DNA of 64,000 nt, from NCBI GenBank assembly GCA_950097015.1, contig CATNEN010000038.1, positions 28,830,001 through 28,894,000 of the forward strand, read 5' to 3'. A model generated the notes under the pieces. The model made no database searches. It saw nothing but the letters and a program-made list of their open reading frames with translations, and was not told the origin of the DNA. A program made the position numbers and the translations under genes. Below are positions 40,878 through 52,310 of this stretch, piece after piece; position 1 is the first letter of the stretch; every line of letters begins with the position of its first letter. Origin of the DNA: Macrostomum hystrix (taxonomy: Eukaryota; Animalia; Platyhelminthes).

Positions 40878-42691
40878 CTATCGGTAACTTCCACTGACCT
40901 CTACAGTTTGGCGACGCGGCTTGCGGCCCATCGCCATGTAGAAGCAGAACTCGGCGAACTCCAGCATGGACAGCATGCTGCCACCAACGAACAGGCTGAT
41001 GAAGCCGCCAAACTCCATTGTCAGGTCCAGCAGTCGGTAGGTCAAATCCTGGTTGATCTTGGTTGACAGCAGCTCTCCAGCTCGGATCTGCACTCGCAGC
41101 AGGTTCTCAGAAACGGCTCGAACCACGGCGGACTCGGCGCTAGCCGAGCCAGTGGCCGAGCTCTCGTTGAAGAGTCTCAGCAGCCAGTCTCGTCCGGGCG
41201 TGGAGAGGTTTCGACCGGACAGCTGGGCGGAGGTCGAGGTGAGCAGCCCAGCCAGCTCAGCACTGAGGCTCTGCCTCAGCGGAGAGCGAATCGAGGACAG
41301 CTTGGGGCTGTAAGAAACTTCCTCGCAAGTGCACTTGTACTTGCAGCGCTCTAGAAGTTCTCTAAAGAAGCTGTTTGTTTCCTCTGTCAAATTTCCTGAT
41401 GAAATTTGCTGCATAAAAATTACTTTCTTTAAAATCTCGGCGTCACGCGTGTCATTAGTAAAGTAGCTGAAGTTGTACACGTTTGGTATGTCCATTTGTG
41501 TATAGGGAGTAGGCAGAATTCCAGGAATCGTGGCTCCCATACTAGAAACCGAAATGCTAGCCAACTCCTTAGCGTAGCAACCTAAAAAAAGAAATAGCAA
41601 CTAAATATTTACTTGATGACATGCAGCTGAATACTTAATTGAATTGCTACTAAGCTAAAAAACATGCCCCAATAGAAGTCGCTCGTATTTTAAGATTTGC
41701 ATGGAAATAAAACAAGGCTTGTCCTTCAAAATGAGCTTGTACCTTGTTGGCTGTATTTGTAGCTCACGGGCTTTGAAGTTGCGAGGTCCACAAACTGGAT
41801 GTCTGGCTGGTCGATCAAGCACTGGCCCTTCTCCACCGACCAGCTCGTGACCTGCATGCTCAGCTTCACGTAGTGAGTAAAGCCGGGCGCTACAGTCACC
41901 GAAGGTGTCATATCATCCGGATAGCTGTCTCTGGGAGTGAAGTACACGCGGAACCCGGACTTCAACAACACATCATAGTTTGTGAACGACAGCCCGCGGC
42001 TCTCGATTCGACCATCGTACAGCTTCAGCGACTGGTTGTACGAAGCGTCGGCGTACAGCACAATGTCCACATAAGCCAGGATGTTTCCAAGCAGATTGCG
42101 TATTGCGGTGCTGTTTGGCCTGATTGTGAAACAGTTGAGGTGCTTGAAGTGCCCGAAGCTCACTATGTCGGTGCCAAGCTCGAGCTCCTTGTTCATCGGC
42201 ATGACTCTTGCCTTCACGATCGACTGTTCCATCCGCATGCCAAAGTGCTGGCTCAAGAAGCTGCTCGGAACGCTGTTCGCGAACGCGAGCGCAACCAAGT
42301 ACGTGTTCGACACATTCACCCTGGCCAGCAGCTCTGCGATCCTCGCCACCTGGCCATCCGTGAAGTTCCTGGCTTCGGCCGGCATCAGCGACGGGTAGCT
42401 GGCGGACACCATCGGGTACGAGCAGAAGTGCACATCCGGAAACACAAACGCGACAGAGTTCGGCTCGACGGAAGTCGCAACTGGCACGTCTCGCAGCTTC
42501 ATCACGGCCAGGACGAGTTGACGACATAAAAGTGCCATGAGAGCCAGGAATGCCAGCAGCCACAGCGCCTTCAGAGCCAGGTGTCTTTCTCCGACAGTGC
42601 GAGGCAAGCCGTGAAGCTTCGTGCCTTGAACGCTCTCCTGAATGATCTGACTGCGTTCGCTGCGTCCTTCTGCGCCTGCTGTCGACGCCAT
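40878..42691 (-). CDS. DEG/ENaC-family subunit, inverted paralog A (~550 aa)
   Basis: Exons 42691-41743 and 41581-40878. TKLHG, FPDVHFC, LNCFTI, CTCEEVSY, TM2 MEFGGFISLFVGGSMLSMLEF. Confidence 0.9.
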
Positions 42692-43289
42692 TCTACGAGC
42701 TAGTTTAAAATTTTTGTTCTGAACTCTGCAGTTGGAAACGAATCTGGTAGATTTTCTTTTGCTATTTACCTGTCAGCCTTTAAAGTTGCTTCTTATACCG
42801 GTATAATAAATGTGACTGAAGCCAGGGATATATATTGCTTATGGTCTCCATTGGTAACAGCAATGCGAGACAATGCCCATTTTTTGACTAAGCCCTGTGT
42901 TGGCTAGAAGGTACTTCTGGTAGGAATTAATTTCCGACTTCCGTCATTCCTCAGTTGAGTGGCTGTAATTCAATTACTTTGCTGTGATTTCTGCTTTGCA
43001 ACCAATAATAATATGCTTATAAAGGGGTCTAGCTGCCATAATATTCCATGCCAATGAGCTCTCTAGCGAACAGTTGATGATAGTTGACCGTACTCCATTT
43101 GAATAATTCGTCCTTTAGCAAGATACTCGTGCTAAAATGATACACATTGCTTCACTTTACTCAGCTGATAAATAGGTACCAGTATGATTTAGCACTGGCA
43201 CAATATGAAACATTATTGTTATGTAATAACAATACGCAATAATTTCAGCTTGCTTCGCCAAGTACTTCATTGACAAAACCCCAGCGCTA

Positions 43290-44205
43290 CCTAAACTACA
43301 AACTACTCGTAGCTTTAAACTAAACTACAAACTACTCGTAGCTTTAAACTAAACTGCAAACTACTCGTAGCTTTTAACTAAACTACAAACTACTCGTAGC
43401 TTTAAACTAAACTACAAACTACTCCTAGCTTTAAACTAAACTACAAACTACTCGTAGCTTTAAACTAAACTACAAACTACTCGTAGCTTTAAACTAAACT
43501 ACAAACTACTCGTAGCTTTTAACTAAACTGCAAACTACTCGTAGCTTTAAACTAAACTACAAACTACTCGTAGCTTTTAACTAAACTGCAAACTACTCGT
43601 AGCTTTAAACTAAACTACAAACTACTCCTAGCTTTAAACTAAACTGCAAACTACTCGTAGCTTTCAACTGAACTACAAACTACTCGTAGCTTTAAACTAA
43701 ACTACAAACTACTCGTAGCTTTAAACTAAACTGCAAACTACTCGTAGCTTTAAACTAAACTACAAACTACTCGTAGCTTTAAACTAAACTACAAACTACT
43801 CCTAGCTTTAAACTAAACTACAAACTACTCGTAGCTTTTAACTAAACTGCAAACTACTTGTAGCTTTAAACTAAACTACAAACTACTCCTAGCTTTAAAC
43901 TAAACTGCAAACTACTCCTAGCTTTAAACTAAACTACAAACTACTCCTAGCTTTAAACTAAACTGCAAACTACTCGTAGCTTTAAACTGAACTACAAACT
44001 ACTCGTAGCTTTAAACTAAACTACAATCTACTCGTCGCTTTAAACTAAACTACAATCTACTCGTAGCTTTAAACTAAACTACAATCTACTCGTAGCTTTA
44101 AACTGAACTGCAATCTACTCGTCGCTTTAAACTAAACTGCAATCTACTCGTCGCTTTAAACTAAACTGCAAACTACTCGTCGCTTTAAACTAAACTGCAT
44201 ACTAG
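43290..44205. repeat. 29-bp minisatellite (ctaaactacaaactactcgtagctttaaa)
   Basis: Direct reading; lies in the spacer between the inverted DEG/ENaC paralogs. Confidence 0.96.
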
Positions 44206-44527
44206 TTTCTTGCGGCGGCCTGATGACTTCATGGGTGCCACTGTGGTTGAGAGCGGTTGATGTAATAGGGTTGTAATCTACTGTCTTTTAAAGGTAATTC
44301 GATAGTTATTGATTTTTTATACAATTAAAGCTACAATGCGCTGAAATCTGACGATCAATAAAAAGTATACCTTTTAAGGTTGTGCGCTGCTAAATATAAT
44401 TTTTTATATTTCTAAAATTTCCCCTAAACACAACTCACAAGCAAAAACAGCTAGACGCACAAGCTTTAACTTAAGCTTAAAGATTCGAGAATTTATTCTG
44501 CTTCCAAATGAAACAATAGAGAACCTA

Positions 44528-44838
44528 GAGAAGGTTGTAGCCTAGTGGTTAGGGCGTCGGGCTCACGACTTGAAGTTCGGGGGTTCGATTCCCGACTCGA
44601 CTGGAACAATTTGTGTCCTTAAGCAAGACCCTTAACTTTGCATTACTTCAGTTTACTAAGCTGTTAAATGGTTACCAGCATTAGCTGGAACAATTGAGGG
44701 TGGGTGTGGCGTCCGCCCAGTCCATGGACTGATCAGCTGTACGCAGCCTTCAGATGCGCCGCGCAATAGCTGCGGCTGTGCTGTCGGCTGCACATCTGGC
44801 TTAATTGGGGCAGGTGAAATAAATTATTATCAATTATT
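44528..44838 (+). mobile_element. tRNA-derived SINE family 1 (CORE-like central domain), full-length copy
   Basis: A box TAGCCTAGTGG, B box GGTTCGATTCC, CORE-like tgtgtcctt.agcaagac.cttaac...cttcagtt...ctgttaaatgg, palindrome CAGTCCATGGACTG, AT-rich tail. Many copies in the window. Confidence 0.85.
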
Positions 44839-45224
44839 AATGAAACAAACATTTTTAAAAATGTTGCACGATACGGAACTTACGTGTTTTCTCCTAGTAG
44901 TGCATCCGAATTTCCTATGTGCCCAGTGTACTTTCAGGTCAGTCAGTAAGCCTGCACTGGTCAGGAGAATGGGGGGTTTGGCGTTACGAGTAAGCTGTCT
45001 CTCCAGTTTCTGGATTCAGAACTCTATGGCTCAGGAGTCAGCGAAATGGGCAGAAATGCCTCCTCACTGGCTGCGGGTCGATAGTGTCGCGAAATGATGT
45101 GTAATTTACCTATCATTGTCGGTCACTTTAAATGCAAAAAAACACAGTTTTATCGTGCCTACCGGAAGTCATGGGCGTTATCAGTAGGACTACCAAGCCA
45201 TTTTGCCGCCCGTTTTTATACCAA

Positions 45225-45772
45225 GGGGGGGGGAATTCCCCCCCTGACAATTTTTTTTGGCAGCGCCCGAATGCTAACAGCGTTGGGTGGTTACTGATTG
45301 GTTGACAGACTAGTAGACGATGGTGTCCTGTGGTTGAGCTGCGCCTAATATTTTGGCTTGAGCATTGAAATTTGAGAAATTCGCGTCAGGGTGTCCATAG
45401 TAGCTTAGTTCCACCTATTGTAGCCCTTGAAGGTCCAGCAGTCTGTTTAGATAAAGGTAGGTGACCACCGAAGACGGAGATGATGCAGGCACACTCGGGT
45501 GACATGCTGATAAATTTTGAAGGCCTGGCAAGGCCGCACTGAGGCGCAGTGCAAATTCGTGTATAGGGGGTGTATGAATAACACTAGCTCTTATGGGAAA
45601 AAATCGGACCTTCGGCCAGAAACATTGAATATCTCGACGGTCTGAAGAGCTGGCGACTTCTTTCTTGTTTCAGAAGATGCGCAACAAAAAGTTGGCCCGT
45701 GTTCTTGAGTTTCGTGTGCTTGCAAATTGTTCCGTTCGGGTGCAGCAAAAAATTGTCAGGGGTTTCCCCCCC
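45225..45772. mobile_element. MITE with G-run/C-run terminal inverted repeats
   Basis: Left ggggggggaattcccccc-ctgacaattttttttggcagcgcccgaa is inverted relative to right ttcgggtgcagcaaaaaattgtcaggggtttccccc; ccaa on both flanks. Confidence 0.7.
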
Positions 45773-46392
45773 CCAAGGGTAGTTGTACTCTTAAATAGAC
45801 AGTTTAAGCGCGTCACATACTGGACTAATCGTCTGCGCATTGCTGCACGCGCTCCAAATGTCTATGGCCCAAGGTTAATGGTAGTTTTGCGAGACAAACA
45901 CAGCAATATAGCCGTAGACCCCAAAATGCACTCATAGACCCCAATAGATTGCCCATATTGGTATTATATTTCTGCTTTATTTTTTCTGGTTACTAATTGA
46001 TAATCAGGTTAAACTAGTAGAATAGGAACTTAAAGTTGACTATAGCTGGCTAATTGTTTTGAACATTAGTCCAATCGGCTAATTATACGTAAAAATTAAC
46101 TTTAACCTTTATCTCTAAGTAGATATGATTAATTGATATAATATAATATGCAGATTATTTGCGGATTGGGTCCACTTAGGATTTTCGAGCAAATTATTTT
46201 TTTACGAGTACTAGACAACGAAAAAGGACTATCAGGAGACTTTAAATTTGCCGAGAATCTTAAAAACATTAATGATCAGTATATATTTGACTTTAAGTCA
46301 CGAATAAAAATCGATTGATGTTTTTATTAACGTTTACATGTTTACATGAATGCCTAATACCGACCTCCTTTTATAGGATTAAGCAAATAAAC

Positions 46393-47380
46393 CTATAAAG
46401 TGGTTCGTCTGGTCATTTGGCGTGTGGCTAGTTGTGGATTCAAGTAGCACTTCTTTACCAACCTGGAGTGCCTTTCCGGTACACAATAGTAGTCACCATT
46501 ATCGCTTTGGACTGGGGAGCTGGTGACTCGCCTGTTCACCTCCAGCATCATGTCCTCGAGATGCTCAGTCTGATAGTTCTGCTCAATCACATCGCACAGG
46601 ATCTGAACGAAGACACTTCCATCTTGAGGATGTCGATATGCTCGCGAACCATCTGACGTTGGAAAGCAAAGCAGGAAGTCGCTCTCATTGGGGCAGTATT
46701 GCTCTAATGGTAGAGCTTCTGGTCCATCGTGGTGCACTGGTGATCGGTCGATGTCCATCGCGTCCCCTCGACAAGCCTGAATGAAAAATATCTTTGGCTT
46801 CATTCGTAGCTTTGGACACCTGCCAGCTTGGAGCTGTGCGACAAGATCATTGACCTTTTCTGGGCTACCATCCTGACCAAATATACAGCCTCTGTTGCCG
46901 TGCGCCATGATGAAACAGACGAAGCAGCCGTGGCTATCTTTGACGTCCTTTTTAATATCGTTAATTAGAGATATAATTTCGTGTCCAGCAAGATCTCTAT
47001 GGATGCGTACATCGAATTTCAGCTTCTTAAACAATTTCTCGATGCGGGCAACGTCATTCTCAGACCCGAGTCTCTCCGGATGTCTGGTCGAGGCGTCATA
47101 TTTGTTTATATTAATTATCAAGCAAAGGCCCTGGGGACTTGTGACCTTGTACATTTCCATATCTAGAAATAGCCCCCTGAAATTGAAAAATCATTAGTAG
47201 AAGCTTAATTAGAACCTCTTGAAAACAGACAAAAAAGAAAATATTTCAGAAAATGTTAATGCTTTACCTGACCATTTCACCACTACTTCCTGCCGATATG
47301 GAATCGTCCACACGCCTTGTACTACTAGTCCCTGCTGCAGCTCCACCGTTCTCACTTGTCAATGCACTGGAGTCACACAT
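46393..47380 (-). CDS. Caspase (peptidase C14A), short prodomain, ~298 aa
   Basis: GLCLIIN, CFIMAHG (catalytic His), KPKIFFIQACRG (catalytic Cys), DGSVFVQILC. Exons 47380-47268 (ATG at 47380) and 47176-46393. A further in-frame exon at 47559-47505 may extend the N-terminus. Confidence 0.93.
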
Positions 47381-48318
47381 GTTCACTGCTCTGCAATAAG
47401 AATGGAGTTCGTAGAGTTGGTTTACTACGAATTCAACTACTATTGAATTGTCATACTCATAGAATGAATTATTCGTAAATAGCTGGATGTGAAGCGGTTT
47501 TTACCTTGCTTGGACTGCTGCCTCTACATTTTGAACCGTGCCAGGAGTTCTGCTAGAGCCTGATGAAAAGGAATCGCAGACAGACATTGCGGTAAAACGA
47601 ACTCAAGCCAAACGAACTTCACTCTTTCTGTTTTGCTAAAAGCTGCTTCTTATACTCAGAGCTTCGCTCAAAGAATTAACTGCATTAACAAACTTCCAAA
47701 ACTATTGTACGGTGGAAACGTACATAATTGTCTGCTGAATTGCAAACTGAGAAAATTTTTCGCGTTCTAAATTCCGGCTGTAAAATATAATAAAAAAGAA
47801 TGTACAGTTTTTTATCTATACTCGCTGAATGTTATATTAAGGCTTCGTTAAAGATACAAGTACTCTAATTCGAAGGGTTCTACAACCTACCTCTCTTCTT
47901 TTTTTCTGAAAATGATAAAGCAAAATCTGATTGCCTGTTATAGGTTATTGAGCAAAACCAAACGACAGGTAATGCTAAGCAAAAAAGCTCTGTTTGCCTA
48001 GCTGCTCTGTTAAGTCCCCATACAACCATGCTGGCAAGTTAAGAGCTGTGTAAACACAAAACAGCGTCTGTTGCCATGGGGGAGTGTTTGGATAAACTCT
48101 GAATCTATACATACTCCAGGCTCTGCTTTTTCAGATTTAATAAATTAATCAACGTTGGGAAGGCTAACATAAGGGATTCTAGTTTAGCTTGGGCCGGCAC
48201 AAGCACGTTAATAAAAGTCTGTCATTCGGTTGTTCACAGCCGATACTGGACTAAACAGCAAAGTGCCGAATCTACTAGCTCTACTGAGCAAACAGAGAAA
48301 TCAATACTAGCTCGTAGA

Positions 48319-50055
48319 ATGGCCTCGACAGCAGGCGCAGAAGGACGCAGCGAACGCAGTCAGATCATTCAGGAGAGCGTTCAAGGCACGAAGCTTCACG
48401 GCTTGCCTCGCACTGTCGGAGAAAGACAACTGGCTCTGAAGGCGCTGTGGCTGCTGGCATTCCTGGCTCTCATGGCACTTTTATGTCGTCAACTCGTCCT
48501 GGCCGTGATGAAGCTGCGAGACATGCCAGTTGCGACTTCCGTCGAGCCGAACTCTGTCGCGTTTGTGTTTCCGGATGTGCACTTCTGTTCGTACCCGATG
48601 GTGTCCGCCAGCTACCCGTCGCTGATGCCGGCCGAAGCCAGGAACTTCACGGATGGCCAGGTGGCGAGGATCGCAGAGCTGCTGGCCAGGGTGAATGTGT
48701 CGAACACGTACTTGGTTGCGCTCGCGTTCACGAACAGCGTTCCGAGCAGCTTCTTGAGCCAGCACTTCGGCATGCGGATGGAACAGTCGATCGTGAAGGC
48801 AAGAGTCATGCCGATGAACAAGGAGCTCGAGCTTGGCACCGACATAGTGAGCTTCGGGCACTTCAAGCACCTCAACTGTTTCACAATCAGGCCACAGAGC
48901 ACCGCAATACGCAATCTGCTTGGAAACATCCTGGCTTATGTGGATATTGTGCTGTACGCCGACGCTTCGTACAACCAGTCGCTGAAGCTGTACGATGGTC
49001 GAATCGAGAGCCGCGGTCTGTCGTTCACAAACTATGATGTGTTGTTGAAGTCCGGGTTCCGCGTGTACTTCACTCCCAGAGACAGCTATCCGGATGATAT
49101 GACACCTTCGGTGACTGTAGCGCCCGGCTTTACTCACTACGTGAAGCTGAGCATGCAGGTCACGGGCTGGTCGGTGGAGAAGGGCCAGTGCTTGATCGGC
49201 CAGCCAGACATCCAGTTTGTGGACCTCGCAACTTCAAAGCCCGTGAGCTACAAATACAGCTTGCGAGGTAAAGCGCTTGTTAACTATTTGAAGTTCACTA
49301 AGTGACAGTTCTTAGACATTTTATCCCCCAAAATTGCTATTTTACCTTCAACAGGCTGCTTTGCAAAGGAGTTGGCGGATATATTTGCACAAAATATTGA
49401 ATCTAACTTGCCCGGAATGCTGCCGACTCCTTATTCGCAAAAGGATCTCCCAAATTTTTACAACTTTAGCTACGTCAGAAACAATGCCTCCAATGTTGAA
49501 ATAATGAACAAAGTGCTTTTTATGATGAGGATGTCTGGCGGGAATTTGACACAAGAGACAATAAATTTTATAAGTCAAGTACAGGAGCGCTGCAAGTACA
49601 AGTGCACTTGCGAGGAAGTTTCTTACAGCCCCAAGCTGTCCTCGATTCGCTCTCCGCTGAGGCAGAGCCTCAGTGCTGAGCTGGCTGGGCTGCTCACCTC
49701 GACCTCCGCCCAGCTGTCCGGTCGAAACCTCTCCACGCCCGGACGAGACTGGCTGCTGAGACTCTTCAATGAGAGCTCGGCCACCGGCTCGGCGAGCGCC
49801 GATTCCGCCATGGTTCGAGCTGTTTCTGAGAACCTGCTGCGAGTGCAGATCCGAGCTGGAGAGCTGCTGTCAACCAAGATCAACCAGGATTTGACCTACC
49901 GACTGCTGGACCTGACAATGGAGTTTGGCGGCTTCATCAGCCTGTTCGTTGGTGGCAGCATGCTGTCCATGCTGGAGTTCGCCGAGTTCTGCTTCTACAT
50001 GGCGCTGGGCCGCAAGCCGCATTCTCGGAAGGTGGAAGATGAGAGTAGCGACTAG
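48319..50055 (+). CDS. DEG/ENaC-family subunit, inverted paralog B (~549 aa)
   Basis: Exons 48319-49267 and 49355-50055. Same motifs and same intron position as paralog A. Confidence 0.9.
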
Positions 50056-50418
50056 AAATCTCCTGAGATTGACCTTTTGTGGTTTAAAATTAGCTGCTCC
50101 ATCAGCCGTTTTTGTATATTTACTGGATTGGTGAATTTTACGAATATTAAAATAATCAGTTACGAGTATATATTTTCTGTGCTATGGGCCGCGACACGTT
50201 ATTTAGTGACAGTGGACCCGTAGCCAGCAACGAGGCAATCTCGCCCGTTTCTGTCTCATGAATGGGTGTACCATATGGCCTGACTTCAATATCTTCTGGC
50301 AGTCCTGCACACTCTAATAAAGCTCTTAAGTTGTCAATGACAAATATTTTAAGCTTATGGTTATTGAATAAAGTTAGGCAGACGATTAAATTTGTTTGAT
50401 TCCGTTTAAAACTGAGGC

Positions 50419-51198
50419 TTAAAATACGGACTGGCACTCGCAAATAAAGCGCCTATTAGCGTCGCAGCTATAGTCATCAACGCCAATTGTGTGAAGCGCG
50501 TTGACTTGCACGCAGCCCTTCTGCTCCTCGGCCTGTAGACCGCTCTGCGGTTTTCCTGGCTGCCAGACATCTGCGGTGATGCTGATGTTGCAGGAGCTCC
50601 AGAACCACCCGTCTGTTACCAACTCGGAAACGGGCGACTGTCGACCACCTAGCGAGTAGCTGCACGAGGTACCGCAGGTGGAGTTTTTTATTTCCATTAA
50701 ATGTGTAGCCTCGTCTGAGTCCAGGGCGTCGGCGAATTTTGTAAGGCCAGCCTCCTGACTGCAAATATAGTTCGAATCTGTCCAGACATCAGCCTTCAAA
50801 GAAATCTTATAGGCAGTCCCAAATCTCGTGAACTCGTACTCCGATGAACACAGACGCCCTGGAGGCACGCCTGGCTGCGATTTAACGTAAATTGTTGCGA
50901 GGTGAGTGCAGCTAGCTACAGACTGCACTCGGTGGCTGCACGCGTCAAACAGGAACAACTTGCAGAAGCATGCTCCGGTACCTGCTGGTATTGCGAAAGC
51001 TTGACACTTGGCCGTATTTGCGCACTGAAAACCGCACGAAATTGGATCGCAAAGGCCCCAGGTTAGACGCACGAATTCAGAGCTGACGCAGTCGGAGCCG
51101 ATGATTTGATGAAATGTAACTCTGTGCAGATCGTTGCAGATTGCGCCAGCAACCAAAGGTAGGCCAATTAGCAGCAGAAGTGTCGCTAAACCGACCAT
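50419..51198 (-). CDS. Secreted PAN/apple-like + C-type lectin-like domain protein
   Basis: Signal peptide MVGLATLLLLIGLPLVAG; CGFQCANTAKCQAF...CKL (PAN-like); WTDSNYIC...LGG...WFWS...WQPGKPQ...C...DDYSCDANRRFICE (CTLD). Single coding exon. Confidence 0.85.
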   Translation of the reverse strand: MVGLATLLLLIGLPLVAGAICNDLHRVTFHQIIGSDCVSSEFVRLTWGLCDPISCGFQCANTAKCQAFAIPAGTGACFCKLFLFDACSHRVQSVASCTHLATIYVKSQPGVPPGRLCSSEYEFTRFGTAYKISLKADVWTDSNYICSQEAGLTKFADALDSDEATHLMEIKNSTCGTSCSYSLGGRQSPVSELVTDGWFWSSCNISITADVWQPGKPQSGLQAEEQKGCVQVNALHTIGVDDYSCDANRRFICECQSVF

Positions 51199-51702
51199 AT
51201 ACCTGTGTTAACAATGAGAATACCAATTATTATTATTTTCCTCACATGTTTAGTACAAAGGGTAAAATTGGTCTCCCCGCCTTCCTATTTTATTTGAGTT
51301 ACTAAAGCGAGCGAAGACTCAAAGAATTGTGTATCGTCGCGCAGAAACTCGACCTTGACGGCCAATAGACCCAGCAGGAAGGCTAAAAATGATGAAATTT
51401 AAAGCTGAAAGTGCAGCGCTGATCTGTGTAGCAGATGGGAATGTATACTGAAGACACAAGCGCTTTTAGAGGACCCTCAGATACTACTGCGCTTTTTTTC
51501 GCCTTGGGGAAAGACCAAGGTGGCACAAGTTTTTCAAATATAGCCACTGCCTACTTCACGATAGCTCCCAAAACGAATGACCAATTTTCGTGAAAGTCCA
51601 CCGTTTCCGCCCTTTAAGATGAACTAAGTTTCAAAGTGGTCCGACGTCAGCATCATCAAGATATTCAGCGATTCTTGTCGATGAGTGCGTTATAAGAAAC
51701 TA

Positions 51703-52310
51703 TGGCGTAAGTTTACTTTCGTTCGCGAAATTATTTTCTTCTTTTAAAATGTTAAACGATGAAGCGGATAACGTCAACTGGTAACACAACTGGTGGGAAA
51801 CATTTTTAAACGGCACTGAGCATTGCTCAGTTCAGTTCAATGCAGTCCTGACTGTCTCAGATTCCTAAACTAATAATAATTAATGACAAATCCAGTACAG
51901 AATGCTGTCAAAAGCCTTGGCAGGCCCCGGGTGAAGGCGTTGCCATAGATACTCTTGGATGTGCGATTCAAAGAGGGCATCGCTAGTGCCATGCCACATA
52001 GTCTTGTCAGTACTTGCCGTCACTTCCATCAGATCCCTTGAATTCATATTTAGTTCCGTCAGAACTTCATTCGGTGGCACAATCCATGATGGTCTTGGGG
52101 GCTGCCCAGCCATTTGCAAATCAGAAGAGTCTCGAAGTCTCTAAAATCCAAACTATAGTGAGGGCTCAATAAAACTCAGCCGAATTTCTGTGCCCCAAAC
52201 AACTCTACGCGGCTACTATGGGCCATAGACAACTCCCATTCGTCATTCCGCGTCATTGGCACCATTTTAAAAGAGGAAAATAATTTCGCGAACGAAAGTA
52301 AATTTACGCC
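51703..52310 (-). mobile_element. Non-autonomous Merlin/IS1595-like DNA transposon
   Basis: ~48-bp TIRs (ggcgtaa.tttactttcgttcgcgaaattatttt...), 8-bp TSD gaaactat on both sides, internal transposase-like C-terminal remnant WHGTSDALFESHIQEYLWQR (51880-52119, -). Confidence 0.8.

Noticed and set aside
41873-42563. Alternative-frame and antisense ORFs over the DEG/ENaC twins (also 48447-49137)
   Set aside because: Shadow ORFs of GC-rich coding sequence; their duplication just reflects arm identity.
43290-44205. CRISPR-like regular 29-bp repeats (also 58600-59697)
   Set aside because: Head-to-tail units with no unique spacers, no cas genes, eukaryotic context.
44528-44605. tRNA gene-like sequences at SINE heads
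   Set aside because: A and B boxes are present, but each continues into a shared SINE body and tail and the copies are degenerate.
51300-51335. gcgaagactcaa, similar to my recollection of part of a flatworm spliced-leader exon
   Set aside because: Only ~12 nt, with no terminal ATG|GT donor or Sm site following; likely chance.
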